DNA from: Lytechinus pictus
Taxonomy: Eukaryota
Direction: 5' to 3'
DNA: 64,000 bases
Assembly (NCBI RefSeq): GCF_037042905.1
Contig: NC_087251.1
Span: 40,116,001 to 40,180,000, forward strand
The notes under the pieces: generated by a model
Seen by the model: only the letters and a program-made list of their open reading frames with translations
Databases searched by the model: none
Told to the model about the DNA's origin: nothing
Position numbers and translations under genes: made by a program
Shown here: one piece after another, positions 1-14,649 of the stretch
Layout of the letters: every line of letters starts with the position of its first letter
Numbering within the stretch: position 1 is the first letter of the stretch

Positions 1-33
1 CAACTCTGTCATACTATGGCTGTTACTTGTCAG
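1..33 (+). CDS. RAD51: RAD51 recombinase, partial internal exon (end of Walker A region)
   Basis: Reads QLCHTMAVTCQ then donor GTAAAA at 34; joins in phase 0 to LPIDMGG. The exon start lies outside the window. Confidence 0.95.
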
Positions 34-1116
34 GTAAAACTTGCTTTTCATTTACTAGAAAGGAGTCAATTTCATAGAAATGAGATAATAGAGAAGAGCA
101 TCAAAATCAGTTTGGAAATGAGAAATGTTTAAAAAAAAATTCTCTTTTCACTTTCTATGGTGATCCTCAAATTGGCAATGTTGCTTCAAAGTGACTGATG
201 TAGCAGTACACCCTTCTCTATGTTTTGTACTCTAAATTTGTTAGTTACCCTAGTATCTCTCAAGAGTCAGTAGGCGGGTCCCCAAAAAGTTAATGAGTGT
301 GATGCAGACCAAAACACCCCTTTTCATTCGGTCATTGTTGACCATCTGGTAGAGCTACATGAGGGTCACCTAACTTCCACACAGAATTTTGAAATTTTGA
401 CTAGAAAATTATTTATGCGACTAGAAAATTATTTATGCTAATTTTTGCAACCTTTATTCATAAATCACAAAATATGCCTTTTCTCCTTTATTTGTTGATC
501 AATTTCAATTTTATTTGCTATATATGATAGCTCTAGGTGGGGATAAACAATTTATTTGCAGAATTTTGAAACTCATTAAATATGCTAATTTGTACATATT
601 TTTCAAAACTCACAAAAAATGCTACTTATTTATTTGTTGACTGATTTTTATTTATTTATTTTTGTTCCATCTGAGAGCCACAGAAGTTTAACCAAGGTTC
701 TAAACAGAATTCAGAAATTTTTTACTAGAAAAATTATTTATGCTAATTTATACAAAATTTATTCATAAATCACAAAAAATGCTTCTTATCGGTCATTTCT
801 TCAGCAATTTCAATTCTGGTTCCTCAATTTAGGTCACCAATATAATTCATTACAGTGTCAACTTGGCTGAAATTATAAAGTGTGTTTAATTTCGTTCCAA
901 GGTGCAGGATGAGCTCCACATCATTGAAGTGCTAGTTATCTTTCCTTTTTTAAAAAGAGTTTGTGTATAAAAATCAACCAGTAATAGTATCTGCTTAACA
1001 ACACTGATGCAAGCTGATGCAACCTGACCAAGTATAGTTAGAACTCAAAGCCAATTCAAACATTTATTTTTAATCCATCTCTGATATTAATCCATCTTTG
1101 ATATTTTGCCATTCAG

Positions 1117-1211
1117 CTTCCTATCGATATGGGTGGAGGAGAAGGAAAATGTTTGTACATAGATACAGAGGGTACATTCCGACCGGAGAGACTAATTGCT
1201 GTAGCAGATAG
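1117..1211 (+). CDS. RAD51: RAD51 exon (95 nt)
   Basis: ttcag|[32 protein letters not shown]|gtgagt; absent from the ORF track. Confidence 0.97.
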
Positions 1212-1261
1212 GTGAGTGTCAGAAGGTCACTGAGCCATTAGCCCTAACCAGACCAGGCTTT

Positions 1262-1553
1262 TTTATTATACGCCCGTCTCGACGGGATGTATTATGGTAT
1301 CACACTCGGTGTCCGTCCGTCTGTCTGTCCGTCCGTCCGTTAACTTTTCCTTGTAGATGCGATAACTTCAGTTTAACTTAATCTAGGCTCGTATATTCAT
1401 GATACTCATGATACTAGCATGAATCCCAGGAAGCCTATTGAGTTTAAGGTCAAAGGTGAAGTCGCCTCCTTCCACTTTTCTTGCTTAACTAACAACTCCA
1501 TTTTCCGTGTTACAGGCGGGCATATTATGTGCTTGCCTTAGCGACACTCTTGT
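1262..1553 (+). mobile_element. Helentron-associated (HINE/DINE-1-like) non-autonomous element
   Basis: T-rich flanks, subterminal inverted motif (CGCCCGTC..GACGGG), (GTCC/GTCT)n microsatellite, GGTCAAAGG core, 3' end ...CTTGTTT. Confidence 0.55.
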
Positions 1554-2298
1554 TTATTATTTTTTCTGCTATTTTTACCACAAACTTTTCCTCAGGGTGA
1601 ACTTCCCCTTTAGCCAAAATCTTAAAGTGGGTTGTACATGTACATAACAAATAGCGAATAGGCATGAGTTTGATGGTACAAGATTTTGCACGAGGTGAAA
1701 GAAAGATTCTCAATTCAACAAGGCTACGCCTCGTTGAATTGAGGTGTCTCTTTCACTGAATGCGAAATTTCGCACCATTGCAAGATCTAGAATATTTGCT
1801 ATTTTTGTTGTATAACTCTTCAGATGTAAGCTAAAATACGAAAAATAATTTATTTTTTTCTTATGTTTATCTTGCTGGCAAAATCCCTCTGCAGCAGCAA
1901 TGCGCATTTAGCCAGCAAGCCCTACGCGTATTGCACCTACGTTTATTTACCAAGCGCAATGAATTGAATCGTATTATGACGTCTAGACTGTGCAATGGTA
2001 CATTATGGACGGCACGTGTGCAACGGTACGAATGTTTGACATTCAGCCTCCCATTTGCTTGCGTACAACAAGCTAAGTAGGCATTGTTCAAAACAAAATA
2101 TGGTCTGTTTCACAGAATTCGGGAAATACTCTGTGGATGGTCTTTGAGAGTGATTTAATACGTGACAAATGACATGATTTTGTACAGAAATCTTTTTAAA
2201 TGAGATGAATGATTTATGACTGCTAAAAGAAAGATATAGAGCAAATGATTACTGTAAGTAACATTTTGATGATTATGTGTTGTTATGATTTTATTCAG

Positions 2299-2412
2299 AT
2301 ACAATCTATCAGGAAGTGATGTTTTGGACAATGTAGCATACGCTAGAGCCCATAACTCGGATCATCAGTCTCAACTTCTCCTTCAAGCTTCAGCTATGAT
2401 GGCAGAATCAAG
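2299..2412 (+). CDS. RAD51: RAD51 exon (114 nt)
   Basis: ttcag|[38 protein letters not shown]|gtcaga; phases compatible with neighbours. Confidence 0.97.
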
Positions 2413-2483
2413 GTCAGAAAAACACCCCCATTTCAAGAACCCTCACCTGTCTATAAAGACCATATATTTGGTTTCCCTTGAAT

Positions 2484-2780
2484 ATAATAATAATAATAAT
2501 AGTCAGTTATTGTATAGCGCATAACACTATGAATAAGGTCTGTGTGCGCTTCCAAAGGACTTGGATATTATTACACTGGCTTTAGCCCTGCAGCCTTTTT
2601 ACAGCGCGGTGGCATTTCCAGGAATAAATTCCTGCCAGGTAACCATTCACCTTACCTGGGTTGAGTGCAGCACAATGTGGATAAATTTCTTGCTGAAGGA
2701 AACTACGCCATGGCTGGGATTTGAACCCTCGACCCTCTGCTTCAAAGTCCGGAGACTAATCCACTGGGCCACAACGCTCC
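2484..2780 (-). mobile_element. tRNA-derived SINE
   Basis: Minus strand begins GGAGCGTTGTGGCCCAGTGG (A box) ... GGTTCAAATCC (B box), central AACCCAGGT core, (ATT)n tail. Confidence 0.85.
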
Positions 2781-3642
2781 TCGTTCCCCCATTTTAATTT
2801 TTATTGCAGGCAGTCCACCTGCTCACACAGATCAATTTTCATATTTCTGTTTGGTGGTCTTTATAGACAGGCTGAATAATTCATAAGGGTCATTCCATAT
2901 CAAATCACCCAATGCATGGGTTTAATCCAACCATTTTTTATTTTGATCAAAATTGGTTTACTTGTTAAGTGTGATCCCACAGTCCCAACTTTCAAATTTT
3001 AGGTCAATCGGGTCAGGAGTTCACGAGATTCGGCCCGTTGAATTTTGAGATTTTCTGCACAATTGGGCGTGTTTGCCTACATTTGAACCGTCGTATCTCA
3101 AAAACCACTCGGCCAATCTTCACAAATTGGGTATTGATGGAAAGGGAATTAAATAAGGATTCCGAATCTGCCATCACTTTTATGATTGGAACATATTGAG
3201 GTGTTTTGACACTTTGACCTAAGTTTTGACCTTGAAATTGACTTTGTGGATCACGAGACCTTGACATTATTTTTCATGAAATGTAAGCCCCGATTTGTTC
3301 TTTACAATATATAAAAGTTTCAGAGACGCAATATTTTTTGTTAAGGAGCTAATAAAATTGAAAGTATGCATACCACCAGAAAAATTTATAATGAACAGTA
3401 TTAAAACATGTACAGTATGTACATACTGACCCTAACCCTAGGAGACCTGCGTATTATGTTTCAGTCGGAGGTCACATGGTAAGGTCAAATGTCATAATGT
3501 CATAATTTTCTTATTTTACATCCGATTTTGTTACGCTTGTTGGATTGTTCTCATTTTATTAAAAACAACTTTTTGTTGGGGTGGACTTGTCCTTTAAGGA
3601 TACATTTTTTGAAGTAAATGCATGATTTTCATTCATCATCAG

Positions 3643-3772
3643 GTATGCATTGCTGATAGTGGACAGTGCTACAGCACTTTATCGTACAGACTATTCAGGA
3701 CGAGGTGAGCTAGCATCAAGACAGATGCATATGGGACGCTTTCTAAGGACGTTGCTCAGACTTGCTGATGAG
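3643..3772 (+). CDS. RAD51: RAD51 exon (130 nt; Walker B and L1 loop)
   Basis: atcag|[43 protein letters not shown]|gtaatg. Confidence 0.97.
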
Positions 3773-4681
3773 GTAATGTTATGTGATAAGGCATATCTCA
3801 CATATTCAGTAATATACCAGTACATAATCAATACTTAATACTTCTACAGGAAGTATCATAGGAAATCAAATGTTTACCAATTCCAACTTTCCTAAGAAAG
3901 TATTACTCATTCTTCTTCCAGCTAAACTTCTGACGCACACACATTTTATGGGTTTCTTATTCACTACATTTCATGTTCTCACTAAAAGGTCAACTCCCCC
4001 CAATTCTGAGTAAAGTTATGACGTGCAGATTGTTTTGGTCAAGCGTCCAAGGTTGACCATCACCTGTTTGGTTGTAAAGAGTCTGGGCCAGACCAACATA
4101 AAAGGTGTTCACTTCTGAACCAAATCAGATTGGAGATATAGATAACAGATTAGTTTTACAGAATAGAGATTGGAGTTTAGAGCTACAGAAAAGTATATTA
4201 CATTAGTTTGCAGCATTTATATTATCTTCATCTTCAGAGTATAGTCACCATCAGACTTACTCATGTATTTGTCATTATCAAATAATCATCTTTAATAAAT
4301 AAATGTATATATGACCTGTACATCCTGCATCGATTCGTCTCATTTAAGTCTGGTTGAAAGTAAAAGAGCAATAAGACCCAACGGCAACACAACAGTAATT
4401 TAATCTGCAACTTTTTTTTTTGGGGGGGGGAAGGAAGGGGATGAAGGTCAGCCAGTCAAATTAACAAAGATTTCTATTTCAGTCTGATGCAGTAAAATAA
4501 AGAATCTTCAGATCAGAAGTATTTTGTGATTTCTTTCTGTGGAAATATGTAAATAGAACTAATTTTAATATAACAAGCCAAATACAAGTTTCTCCAAACA
4601 TAGCCATTTAATTCTCTGTCTTTGTTATTTGTAGGCTTTGGATATCAAAGGTTTAATATACATTGATTTGTTGTGAGATCA

Positions 4682-4852
4682 GGGGGCCGTTTCATAAAGC
4701 TATTCGTAAGTTAAGAGCGACTGGTGATCCTTTCTTACGCGCTAAACCATCGCCAATGAACATGTTGGTATATACTATTTACCACAAGAAATGATCACCA
4801 GTCGTTCTAACAGTCGCTCTCAACTTACGAACAGCTTTATGAAACACCCACC
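4682..4852. mobile_element. Short MITE (Harbinger-like ends)
   Basis: Imperfect TIRs GGGGGCCGTTTCATAAAGCT / AGCTTTATGAAACACCCACC with further internal inverted symmetry. Confidence 0.6.
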
Positions 4853-5236
4853 AGAATTTTAAAATACTTTGTAATAATTTTCTCCAATGCAAAATAAGCT
4901 AAGTCATTTCTATAAATATAAATTTGTGAATTAATTATAATTATGTGAATTTTCTAAACTTATGATTCTTATTAGAAGAATATTGCATGTTTATCAATTT
5001 GAGTGGAAAAAGCATATGGCTGTTTAAAAATGTTGCATTATATTGTAAATTGCCAATATAACATCAACAGAATCTTTCACATTTGGGCAATTCCATAAAA
5101 TATGTATGCAGGACCCGTATTTGTGGGACCTTCCTGATAATGCTGTAAAATGATCATGGGTGGGTAGTTCATGAGATGAAGTGAGGATGGAGAAAAATTG
5201 AGGTCAAATGTACAAAAAAGAAGAGATTATTTGGAA

Positions 5237-5583
5237 GAGCCGTGGTGTAGTGGTTCTGACTCTCGCCTTGTAAACAGAGGGTCGTGTGTTCGAATCCCAC
5301 CGCGGTCTAGCGTCCTTTGGCAAGGCGTTAATCCACACTTTGCCACTCTCGACCCAGGTGCTAAATGGGTACCCGGTAGGATGCGAAATATATTGTGTTT
5401 GATTTTGCCAGCGCCATAATGAGGCTGCAATGAATGCAAGGAATGCTCCCCAGGGAGTGGAAATTGTGCACTTTTTGTGCGGGATTGAAATGAATCCAAT
5501 GACCGGGGTAATAATATGCTGTAACATGCTTTGAGCCATTCTGGAAAAAGCGCTTTATAAAAATTGGCTATTATTATTATTAT
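5237..5583 (+). mobile_element. tRNA-derived SINE with Meta-like core
   Basis: A box TGGTGTAGTGG, B box GTTCGAATCC, core CTCGACCCAGGTGCTAAATGGGTACC, (ATT)n tail. Confidence 0.85.
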
Positions 5584-5679
5584 TTTTTTATGGAATCATG
5601 TATATTGGAAATGCCCATTCATGAAAGCATCTTGCTATTGGTTTGACGTAAATGCATATATATCTCATGTTTATTTCAG

Positions 5680-5801
5680 TTTGGTGTTGCTGTGGTGATA
5701 ACCAACCAGGTCGTTGCTCAAGTAGACGGTGCAGCGATGTTCACATCTGATCCTAAGAAACCAATAGGAGGTCACATCATGGCTCATGCTTCCACTACAA
5801 G
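5680..5801 (+). CDS. RAD51: RAD51 exon (122 nt; L2 loop)
   Basis: tttcag|[41 protein letters not shown]|gttaat. Confidence 0.97.
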
Positions 5802-6194
5802 GTTAATACTAAAGGCTGATTTCAATTTCCAACGATGCAATTTAGTATCTATGTGTGAGATGATTATGTTGATCTTTTTTTCCCCTTGAATATATATATA
5901 ATTGAGTCGAAGTATAGCGGTGAAGGCTTGAAGCTACACTACACAAGATTTAATTATAATCCCATACATTCGTTGTTTCCTGTTAAATCATAGAATTAAA
6001 ACAAGACTATTTGTGAGATATATTACAAATTTTCCACAAACTCTGAAACTTATATAGTTTTCTTGCCTTGATTTAACCCAGTAGTCAAATTCTTTATCAC
6101 TTGTCATATTTTGTATATTCCTAATTGCAATGTTTATCTATAGTTTTTTTTAAAATACTTTGTGATTTAAACAATTTGGGTGATATTCTGATAA

Positions 6195-6816
6195 CTCTAG
6201 GCCAGGGGGGAGGCCCCCTCAACAATTTGCACAATATTTTCGCTGCGCGAATTTTTTTTACCTTGCCGCTCATTTACTATATTCTTTCAGCTCTTGCGCA
6301 TCTTTTTTAAGACCAAATTTGCGATGCCCGGGCAAGCGGTTCCAAACTCACGTAACATTTTGTATAAAGTGCATGTCAGACCACAAATTGCTCAAAACAT
6401 GATTTCGTGAACAAAGTAAATGCAAATTGTGTTTACAACCAAAAATCATAAATGTATGATTATTTTGCTGGTCTGAATGGATTTATTTTATGCTATTTAT
6501 GATCTCAAGAGTCCTTGACAAAGTTCATAGAAAAAACAATGAAAAACAAGGTCAAAAAAAAAAAGAAATACATAAGAAATTGCAAAAAACTAAATAATAC
6601 ATAAGAAATTGATCTGACATCGCAATTTTTTTCACGCACATTTGCTAAGAACACCACAGAGAGTTTCTACACCAAAAATTAGAACATTTGGAGCTTTATT
6701 TAGGGAGTTAGAGGAAAAAGTATGATTTTGCATGCTAATTACGCATCAATTAGCATAATTGGTTAATAGCAATTTGTATGAATATGATCTCCCAAAGTAC
6801 CCTGGCCTAGATAGGG
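6195..6816 (+). mobile_element. piggyBac-type MITE, internally deleted copy of the 26192-26956 family
   Basis: Right end CCTGGCCTAGATAGGG-TTAA; body collinear with 26192-26956. Confidence 0.8.
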
Positions 6817-7091
6817 TTAAACCTTGGTTTAACCCTAGTCAAAATTGAAATATTTGTGACAGTTATAATGTAACAATTAATTGATTAAAATTCATTATAT
6901 TTTGGTATTTTTCAATTTTTCCCATTTCAGGACGCAATGAATTTTTGGAAAACTTTTTTTTGAGGAAGGATAAGAAAATTGTTTAGTTGATGAATAAGTT
7001 GACAACTGGCACTCCATAAAAGTATGGTCTAAGTTAACCCAGATTTAACCATGGACCTACTACATCGTTGTGTTAGGTCCATGGTTTAACA

Positions 7092-7533
<442 letters not shown>

Positions 7534-8099
7534 TCTTATCAATGCTATCACCGGAAAAGTTTATGAACTCTTTATTATCAGGGCCAACCTGAGATGGCCT
7601 ACCTTGTATGGACATTGGTTTAGTTAATCTTGCTTCGATTAGATGAGATCATGGTGCACCATAGTGGTACATAGAGTCGGGACATTGGAACAATATCTAT
7701 GAAGACTAGACTGGGAATATCCTGATCAGCCTGGATATCATTAATGTCATAATCTCATATTCCATGCTAATCTTCTCAATGTATCTTCTCCCATATTTTC
7801 TGTTGAGATTGAACTTCTGATTGAGCCATTTGTACATAGCTTGTACTACCAGAAGATTTCTTAAATATAGTGTATTGTATGAAAGGACATCAATTCATTT
7901 ACTACTGATGCTTTGTTACATGTACTCTGTATAATACATTGTTCAGCAGATCATTTCTTGTTTTTGTGATCAATATCGTTACCCTAATAAGACGGGAGGA
8001 GGGGGGGGGGAGCCGATTCAGCCCCCCTCAACATTTTTAATGATAAATCCGCTGCGCAATTTTTTTTACCGCGTTGCTCACTGACTTTTTACCTTTTAA

Positions 8100-8823
8100 C
8101 CCTAAATCTTCCGGGGTATTTTGATTCTTGTCATTCCCTGGGGGGGGGGGGCATTATGGCCCCCCCTTAAGACCTCACCCGCGGATTGCGCGATCACAAC
8201 GAAAATTTGCATGATGGTAGAGAATGACGTAATCTACTCAGTTGCATTGGTAAATTTCACTGAATTTATATATTTTTATTTTATATGAATTAATTATGCT
8301 AATTTATTCATGAAATCATACTTTTTGCTCTGATTCACTAAATAAAGCTCCTAGAATGCTATTTTTTGGTGAAAATATTCTTTATAGCATTCCTAACAAT
8401 TGTGAATGAAAAAAATTTTGGTACCAAGACCGATTTCTTATGTATTTTTATTGTTTTTTAAATTTCTTATGTATTTCTTTGTTTTCTATGGAAATCATTC
8501 CAGACTTAATTCTGATCATAAACAAGGCAAAATTAATTAAGTTTAATCAGTAAAAGTAGAAATAATGATACATTTATGAATTTTGGCTAAATACACAATT
8601 TGCATTTGATTTGTACATGAAATCACGTTTATGAGCAATTTTGGGTCTGACATGCACTTACATAATGTCGTAATTGCGTACCCGGGCGTCACAAATTTGG
8701 TCTCAAAATTTGCGTGAGTAAAAAGTCAGTGAGCGGCGAGGTTAAAAAATTTTGCGCAGCAGATATATCGCGAAAATTGTTGAGGGGGGGCCATTATGCC
8801 CCCCCCCCCCGGAAGAATTAGGG
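8100..8823 (-). mobile_element. piggyBac-type MITE nested in a related MITE (host ~7982-8920)
   Basis: TTAA at 8096-8099 and 8824-8827; TIR CCCTAA(A/T)TCTTCCGG; the host element resumes at 8828. Confidence 0.85.
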
Positions 8824-9385
8824 TTAAGTCTCGTCCAACTTTTGAGACCAAAATTGCAACTCCCAGGTTCACGGTTCTGAAATTACGCAACATTTTGTAA
8901 GTGTATGCTGACCCAAATAGATGTATCATTATTTCTCCTTGTACTGATTAAACTCAAATAATTTCATCTTATTTATGGTCAGAATAAAGTCCCAGTTAAT
9001 TTCCATCGAAAAGTTAAGAATATCATTTACAATGTATCTATTCATTTCTTTTCATTCTCAAGTACCACACTTTTTAAAGATAAATGTTTAGAATACTTAG
9101 CAGTGAAAACCATGTTCATAAATGTTATAGATTATAATTACAAGAGATTCAAAGATAATTAGTACACTACTAACTGTTACCAAATGACATCAAATAAAAA
9201 TACATATGCTTGAAGATCTTCCATATAAATATATACATCTGAAAGTCTGTATTTTATCAATGCGCTTTGCATTGGTATTAGTAGACATATAACACTGCTT
9301 CTGTGTTGGCATGAGCAATAGTTAGTGCAAATGCTAATTAATTTGTAACTAATTAAGTTCATTCCAACTGGAAGTTCCAATTGGA

Positions 9386-9843
9386 CCAGGACCAAAATCC
9401 AGTTGAATCCAATTAGAGCAAAACCAATTGAAACCAGTTGGTCAACTGGTTTCAATAGGGAAATTGGAACAACTGGTTCCAATTGAAACCAGTTACCAAT
9501 TGGTTCCAGTTAAAACCAATTTGGCAAAAGGAACCAGTTGCCAATTGGTTTCAATCGGTTCCACTTGAAACCAATTAGGCAACTGCATCTCAGTTGGTTC
9601 CAGTTTTTCCAATTTCCCTATTTAAACCAATAGAATCCAATCGGATTTCCAGTTACCCAACTGGTTCCACTTAGAAGTCATTTCCAGTTGGAAGACATTT
9701 CCAGTATCTCAACTGGTTCCAGTTAGGATTTCAAGTAGCCCAACAGGTTTCAATTGGAAATTGTTATATTCCAGTTAAAACCAATTGAAACCTATTGAAA
9801 CCAGTTGGAAATCCAACTGGTTTCAATTGGATTTTGGTCCTGG
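9386..9843. mobile_element. Fold-back/MITE filled with CCAATTG/CCAGTTG repeats
   Basis: Perfect 16-bp TIR CCAGGACCAAAATCCA / TGGATTTTGGTCCTGG; related degenerate array at ~50500-50700. Confidence 0.7.
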
Positions 9844-10019
9844 GGCGTGCTAGCTAGCTGTCAATAATGATTTTTTTTTTGGTGTGAATTTGGTTTTTCT
9901 TTTGGTACTGTTATTAAAAGCAAGGATTTGTGGAATCCCTGATGTAAATATCCTCAAATTTGTTTATTGAATTCATTTATCTGTTGGAAGTTTTAATAAG
10001 AGAGAAATTAAACCTTTGA

Positions 10020-10545
10020 CCCTATCAATAACGGGGGGGGGGGGCTTGGAGGCTCCTCTCAACATTTGGCACAATATTTTCGCTGTGCGAAATTTTTTAC
10101 CTTTCTGCTCACTGACTTACTTTCAAGTCTTGCGGTTCCAAAATTACACAACATTTTGTAAGTGAGACACAAAATTGATCAAAAACACGATTTTGTGTAC
10201 AAAGTCAATGCAAATCGTGTTTTCAACCAGAAACCATAAAATGTATGTTATTTTTACTTTTGTTGGTCTAAATGGATTTATTTTATGCTGTTTATGATCT
10301 TAAAAGAGTCGTTGACAAGGTTCATTGAAAAAACAATGAAAAAGAAAAGGTAAAAAAAACAAGGAAATACATAAGAAAATTGCAAAAAAACAGTATAATA
10401 CATAAGAAATTGATCTGATATTGCAATTTCTTTCATCGCAAACAATTTCTACACCAAAAACTAGAAAAGGAAAAGTATGATTTTGCATACTAATTACGCA
10501 TAAATTAGCATTATCAATTAATAGCAATTTTCATGAAATAAATTA
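10020..10545 (+). mobile_element. Truncated piggyBac-type MITE (same family as 26192-26956)
   Basis: CCCTATC..poly-G start and collinear internal sequence; right end missing. Confidence 0.7.
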
Positions 10546-10653
10546 CTATACAGTTTTTTTTTTAAGAGACTGGGAAAAATTAATCTCACTGAAAATTTTT
10601 AGATTTGATTTTGAAGAAATCTATTTCTTGTCATCTCTCAAAAGGTTCATTAA

Positions 10654-11242
10654 AGGGGAATCCAACCCAAATAAAAACTTGTTATAAGGAAAAGAAAAAA
10701 CAGACAAGTTGATAGGTGAAAGTTTGAACAATATTGGACAAACAACAAGAAAGTTATGAATTTTTAAAAGTTGTAAATATTGGTAATCACTATACCCATG
10801 GAGACTTCAAATTGGCCGCATATGGGATGCCATAGTGATGTAAGGCAAGGACTACTCTTTCATATACTCCAATACATATTATGGCTAGAATGTCATTTTC
10901 CCCAAAAGTTTTATTTTAAATCATATTTTTCTTTCATGAGGACATAAAACAATATACTACCTGGGCTATATTAAGATTTCTGCCCCAGGGGAATGGGTTC
11001 TTAGGAGAAAACCACAAATCCCTTATAATAAATTACATGGCCTATGTGAAAGTTGTCCTTGCCCCTTGTCATAATTTACTTACCCAGTTGCCAATTTGAA
11101 ATCTACATATTAGTGATCTCAATTTTAAAGCAGATATAACTTTCTTATTGCTTGTCTGATTTCTTTCAAACTTTCACCATTCTGTTTGATTTATTTTTCT
11201 CCTTCCCAACACAACATTTTATGGCCAAGGCTGGATTCCCCT
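10654..11242. mobile_element. Kolobok-type MITE
   Basis: TTAA on both sides; TIR AGGGGAATCCA / TGGATTCCCCT. Confidence 0.75.
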
Positions 11243-11719
11243 TTAATACATTACATTGGTATTCCTATGTGTTTATTAATTTTGCATTTTTTTTTTTTTG
11301 GGGGGGGGGGGGAATTTGTTTACTATGTTGAACACTCATGGCATTGTCCTCTTACATGTTTGTTGTGATTATCCTAAAATGCACATAATTAATATGGAAC
11401 AAGTGCATTTCTATTTTGTATGAAGTCTCGTAAAGAAAATATTAGTGAGACTTCAAAGAAATCGAAAATTTTAGCCCGGCCCATTGACTTGTACACATTT
11501 CATAATCACTTTGCAAATTATCGAGAAGGCCGTCCCAGTCTCTTACACTAAGACCATATCAGAAGCCAAAACAATATATTATTGGAAAACTGAAGAACTA
11601 GAATACAACAATGCAAGTTTCATGCATTGATCGTGCTGCATTAAACACTTGAATTTGTAATTCTTGATTTATGGGTTTCATTGCGCTTCTCAATGACCCA
11701 AATTCTATCCATGTGGTCG

Positions 11720-12242
11720 GAGTTAGGTCAATCAAGTATTACTGAAAATCCTGCCCGAGTTTCAAGTCACATGACCAAGGTCAAAGGTCATTTAGGGTCA
11801 ATGAACTTTGACCAAGTTGGGGGTATTTGTTGAATTACCATCATAACTTTGAAAGTGTATGGATCTGATTCATATTACCTGGACATAAGAGTAATCAAGT
11901 ATCACTGAACATCATGTGCGAGTTTCAGGTCACATGACCAAGGTCAAAGGTCATTTGAGGTCAATGAACTTTGGCCATGTTGGAGGTAATTAAATTGCCG
12001 TCATAACTTTCAAAGTTTATGGATATAGTTTATGAAATGTGGAAATAGGGATATTCAAGTATCACAGACAAGTCTTAATTAGGTCACATGATTAAGGTCA
12101 AATATCATTTAGGGTCATGTATTGTATCATTATATGAATGGTGTTTTTTGTTAAATATTTTATAGTAGTTTTCAAAGTCAGCACTGCTGCTATATTGATT
12201 CGCGTAATTCAGGTGAGACTGCCAGAGGCGCTCCACTTGTTT
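11720..12242 (+). mobile_element. Helentron-associated element with internal satellite array (partial)
   Basis: Tandem ~140-bp units with CATGACCAAGGTCAAAGGTCA; ends CCAGAGGCGCTCCACTTGTT; inverse of the 31456-32128 copy. Confidence 0.65.
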
Positions 12243-13639
12243 ATTTTATTTATATTTTATTTTGTTATTTTAGCCCAAACGCCATCTGGACCCTTGTTTT
12301 TTCTTTTAGCATGTTATTACGCTGCATGCCTATACTAAAGTCTAATTGCGATTTTGACCCCTTTACCATTTTGTCAAATAGTCAGGCAATACCCATTTTA
12401 TCTAATATTCATTGGTCTAAAACCACTTAGTTATTATATGGTTAGATGAACTGTTTAGGAACCCAATTTTCTATTGAAAAAAATAACGAATAATGGTAGA
12501 CGAAAAAGAAATTATAGACTATCTGGGCATTAGTTTCGGTGGGTATTAGATCAAGTGTATAGTGCAGTGTAGACCAAATGTCAAGTAGATCAAATTGATA
12601 GTAGGGTTATCCAATGCGAAGACTAGCTATCTGAGAACAAGAACAAACTGCGCTGCTTGTAGACCAAATGAAAATGAACCAAAACTGCAGAGGCAAAAAT
12701 TACAGCTTAAAAAGGCAGGGGTTAACTGGTAGAGATGAAAATGGTAGAGCTATAAATGGCGGAGGAATAGCAGCTGTAAAATGAGACAGGTAAAAAGTAA
12801 TTGTATACTGAGACCTACATCGATAAGTCAACAGTATTAAAGTAAGTATCACAAATTTTCAACTAAAATCATAAATTAATTCCTTGCGAGTTTTCTCAGA
12901 ATAAAGTTATGATTTTTTGAAATTTGTTAAAAGTGCTCTAAGAAACGCGTTTTACCAAACAGCAAGGGATTACTCTAATGATTTAAGCTAAAAATATCGT
13001 TTTCTCACATAGAGGTGGATTGCCATTCCTATATTTAACAATCATGAGGGCGTTCAGGGCACTTTTTAGAAAGAAAAAAAATCATAACTTATAATTCTAA
13101 GGAAACTCGTCATGGCTTTAGTTGGAAATGTGGTTATTTATTTAATAGTCAAGAGCCGAACCTGGGGGGGGGGGTTAAATATATATCGCACATGTTCAAT
13201 GAAATTCATGAACTAATAATCACTTTAATTGCTATTTTGGAAATAAAAGTAAGATTTTTGTTTAAGCATTTTTTGGGGGAAATGGTCATTCACTTTTCAG
13301 AGGTGAAATAATGGGGTGAAAAATAAAAAGTCATATCTTACGTAATAAAACAAAAGAAATAATGAGTAGGTCATGGCTACCCACGTTTGCATACCGAACA
13401 AGATGTGCTATATAGCCTAACTTTCATTTAAAATGAAGCGAAACTATGTAATAACTTTCATATTTCTAATCCAATTTTGATACAAACCAACTTTTTTTTT
13501 ACGATGGACTTCCCTTTAACATTTTATCAAACCAAAGAAACATGCAGTATTCAGTTTTATTGAAACGACATTGACGGAGACAATCTCTCTGAATCCACTC
13601 ACAATAATTAAATAGTCAAATTGACTGGTTGCCAAATAA

Positions 13640-14000
13640 AAAGAAGACCCCCGCCCTCACAAAACGACGAATGTACATCCTTGATAGGACTATTGTTGTT
13701 ACGCACCGAGGCGAAATCTAGCGATTCATGGCGGGACATTTTGAAAAAAGCGGCTGTGTGGCAGAAGAGAGCATGAATTTCACCAACAGGACAAGTACGA
13801 CAACTAAAAACTACTCACAGACGGGAATAAAACAATAAAATAACAACGAGAGAAGGATTTAAACAGCGGGCATGTGTTCTCAAACAAAACTGGGCATCCT
13901 TCTGGTTTTCTTTTCCTGATAATTATTACTGCGTACGATCGAGAGTAAAATGATGGGAACTTCAGGAAGCGATTTCTAACATAGGTTTGGTGATAATCAG
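13640..14000 (+). promoter_or_regulatory. Putative promoter and non-coding first exon
   Basis: Locally CpG-rich, CCGCCC box near 13650, ATGGCGG motif, strong donor CAG|GTAAGT at 14000/14001; no ORF. Confidence 0.4.
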
Positions 14001-14649
14001 GTAAGTATTATGATTATTTTAATGTCAAAAACACTGTTTTAAGGACGTCTTTAGAAGTTGCTCAAGTGGTGTTTTACAATCACCGAGATTCACTCTTACT
14101 ATGTTCAAGTTTATTGTGCTCAGTAACCACTGTGTGGTGAATAAAGATTGGCAATGTTTTGTTTAATTTCTTTTGATCTAGTGAATAAATGCTTGACTTC
14201 GGGGCACAGTCAGTTTAATTTCTACGACAGTTATTATATGCCTTGGTTAAAAACTAAATTAAATCCTCATTTTTTTTCTTATCAAAATACAAATTCCATC
14301 GATAGGGGCCTCACGAAAATATGCTCAATTTTTTTCTTCAGCGCTTTGGTATGTTTGGTGAATACATAAAAATAACAACCCCAAGATTATAGAGAAAATG
14401 AATAAACTTTAGTAATTGTCTGTTTAAAAAATGACATCTTGATTTTTGTTGGGGTTTGTGTTGAATATTGCAGTAAAAAGGTTGTTTAATATTTCAAGGA
14501 CGTTGTTTACGACCGTCACTCTAAGTTACTACTATTGTTTAAACTTTTAAAACAATTTGTTTAAATTTTAAGCAAGTTGTTTAAAAAATGAACAACTTGT
14601 TTAAAAATTTCATCAAGTTATCTTGAGTAAAAAAGCACACTTTAAAAAG

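Noticed and set aside
5237..5310. tRNA gene (also 2710-2780 and 45770-45841)
   Set aside because: The tRNA-like heads continue into SINE bodies and tails; the cloverleaf is imperfect.
5680..5801. GGHIMAHAS suggesting DMC1
   Set aside because: [22 protein letters not shown] and the C-terminus are RAD51-type; His at this position also occurs in other invertebrate RAD51 proteins as I recall.
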